DNA from: Theionarchaea archaeon
Lineage (GTDB): Archaea; Methanobacteriota_B; Thermococci; Methanofastidiosales; SZ-28-30
Length of the DNA stretch: 38,237 bases
NCBI GenBank assembly: GCA_018992685.1
Contig: JACVGT010000039.1
Coordinates: 1 to 38,237 of the forward strand
Reading direction: 5' to 3'
Part shown: in pieces, positions 36,419 to 38,237 of the stretch
Layout of the letters: every line of letters starts with the position of its first letter
Position numbering within the stretch: the first letter of the stretch is position 1
The notes under the pieces: model-generated
What the model was told of the DNA's origin: nothing
Seen by the model: only the letters and a program-made list of their open reading frames with translations
Database searches by the model: none
Made by a program: the position numbers and the translations under genes

Positions 36419-38236
36419 TCATTCTTTTCTCACGATGATTTTCCTTCCCATGAAGACAGCTACAATTATCACTAGTGAGACAAAGAAAACAATCAAAACC
36501 CACTGTGACAATGGTTTCTCAGGAGAAGGTACAGTCTGAGTACCGTTTCCGGGTTGAATCGATTCTGTCTGCGGAAAAGTCCGGCAGCACCAGTCGGGAT
36601 CTTGGTCATCAGCCGGATTATTGGTTATATTCATCTGATCGGTACCATCAGCATTCATGACATAGATCTCCTCATTGCCATCCCTATCCGATGTAAAGGC
36701 AATCTTTGTCCCATCCGGTGACCAGGTTGGATCATGATCATCAGCAGGATTATCGGTTAACTTTTGGACATCATGACTGCCAATATCTATGACATAGATT
36801 TCTCGATTCCCACATCCACCTGAGGAGAATGCAATCTTTTTACCGTCCGGAGAGCATGAAGGATTATGACCGTATGAAGTGATCTGGCTTACATTCTCTC
36901 CACTGCAATCCACGGTGAAGATGCCTCCTGTATACAGACTGTAAACAATTTTCTTGCCATCAGGTGACCACACGGGGAACACCCCGTGAACCTCTACGAA
37001 GAGTGGATTGCTCCCATCAGAATCTGTAATGACAATACTACTGCCCAGAGAAAATGCAATCCTTTCCCCATCAGGAGACCATGAAGGACAAGAATTATCA
37101 ACTTCAACAACGGATATGTTCTTGTATTGGCTTCCATCAGTTCTCATGGTATAGACCTGGAGGTATTCTCCACACAAGAGCGTGAAGGCTATCTTTTCCT
37201 CATCAGGAGACCATGAAGGACAGAGATGCCTGCAGGAATGTGTACTCAGTCTGACTTGATTGCTTCCATCAGGATCCATCATGTATACCTGGGCCCCTAC
37301 ATCCATGCTTGCAGAAAATGCAATCCTTTCCCCATCAGGAGACCATGAGGGTTCTCTCTCATCAGTGGGACTGAACGTTATTCTCTTTCGGTTACGTCCG
37401 TCTGCATTCATAACATAAATGTCAAAGTTGTCCTCTTTCGAAGAGAAAAGTATTCTTTCCCCGTCAGGAGACCACGTTGGATCAAGGCTGAGATCCAGAC
37501 CGGGGCTCAGAGCTCTCACACTGCCTCCATGGAAATCCATGGCAAAAACCATGACATCCTGGCCTTCCCGAGCTTCGAACAGGATTTCATTCCCATCTGG
37601 TGACCAGGAGGGATCGGAGCAAAGGAAATTTTCAGTGTCGAGACTGTGCATTTCGCTCTCATCGAGATTCATGACATTAATGGTTCCAAATCCACCTGTT
37701 CCCGACACAAAAGCAATTCTCTTACCATCGGGGGACCAGCAAGGATCAACCCCCCCACCATATTCATCTGTGAGATTCACCTGACCTGTCCCATCTGCAA
37801 ACATTATATAAACGTTGGCTTTCTCATATTTTCCTCTCACGAAAGCAATTCTTGATCCGTCAGGGGACCAGCAAGGATCCCAGTCATCAGCAGGATCACT
37901 GGTGAGTCTCTGGACGTTGCCACCATCTGTACTCATGACATAAATCTCCTCATTTTCATCTCGATCTGATACGAAAGCGATTCTCTCTCCATCTGGTGAC
38001 CAACAGGGATTCGAATTATTGAAGAAATCCTTGGTCATATTCACAATATTATCCTTGGCCATATCTAGGACAAATATCTGGGATTTGCTGTCTCTATCGG
38101 AGACAAAGGCAATCCTTCCGTAGTTATCTGACTCCATATGTGCAGAGGAAAAACTTCCTGTGTACGGGAGGGATATCATCAGGATCACCCAAACGTACTT
38201 CCTTTTCAATGTGGCTTCCTCCTGCATTTTCTCCAT
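36419..38236 (-). CDS. TolB-like PD40/WD40-like beta-propeller repeat protein, membrane anchored
   Basis: About 11-12 P.WSPDG.RIAF.S.R....IYVM..DG repeats, a signal-like N-terminus, and a C-terminal TM with basic tail. The start is at the window edge and is uncertain. Confidence 0.9.
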   Translation of the reverse strand: MEKMQEEATLKRKYVWVILMISLPYTGSFSSAHMESDNYGRIAFVSDRDSKSQIFVLDMAKDNIVNMTKDFFNNSNPCWSPDGERIAFVSDRDENEEIYVMSTDGGNVQRLTSDPADDWDPCWSPDGSRIAFVRGKYEKANVYIMFADGTGQVNLTDEYGGGVDPCWSPDGKRIAFVSGTGGFGTINVMNLDESEMHSLDTENFLCSDPSWSPDGNEILFEAREGQDVMVFAMDFHGGSVRALSPGLDLSLDPTWSPDGERILFSSKEDNFDIYVMNADGRNRKRITFSPTDEREPSWSPDGERIAFSASMDVGAQVYMMDPDGSNQVRLSTHSCRHLCPSWSPDEEKIAFTLLCGEYLQVYTMRTDGSQYKNISVVEVDNSCPSWSPDGERIAFSLGSSIVITDSDGSNPLFVEVHGVFPVWSPDGKKIVYSLYTGGIFTVDCSGENVSQITSYGHNPSCSPDGKKIAFSSGGCGNREIYVIDIGSHDVQKLTDNPADDHDPTWSPDGTKIAFTSDRDGNEEIYVMNADGTDQMNITNNPADDQDPDWCCRTFPQTESIQPGNGTQTVPSPEKPLSQWVLIVFFVSLVIIVAVFMGRKIIVRKE

Positions 38237-38237
38237 C

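Noticed and set aside
3061-37855. Numerous 60-210 aa ORFs overlapping the main genes on the opposite strand or in other frames
   Set aside because: Shadow ORFs of well-supported genes, with no independent motifs.

Overview
Archaeal-looking accessory region: TATA-box promoters, GGAGG/GAGGTG Shine-Dalgarno sites and Methanosarcina-type beta-propeller surface proteins. The style suggests a Thermococci-related lineage such as Theionarchaea, but this is inference only. From left to right it holds: (1) a beta-propeller surface gene that reads in frame into an Ntn-hydrolase and runs off the window edge, so it is absent from the ORF track; (2) a candidate structured ncRNA and a structured leader; (3) an MFS transporter; (4) two tandem beta-propeller paralogs and a C25 (gingipain-like) peptidase, all ending in Cys-containing sorting-like tails; (5) a candidate polymorphic toxin locus: secreted Ig/CARDB carrier, secreted toxin-like protein, and three TPR immunity-like genes spaced exactly 1470 bp apart with orphan toxin tips between them; (6) a complete type I-B (Cst1/DevR-type) CRISPR-Cas system flanked by two arrays (56 and 22 spacers), with an antisense HEPN-motif gene wedged between cas5 and cas3; (7) two further surface beta-propeller proteins. 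The strongest novelty candidates are the toxin locus with an apparently split CARDB domain, the antisense HEPN gene in the cas operon, and the 154-nt structured RNA. All family calls come from motifs read by eye; no database searches were run.
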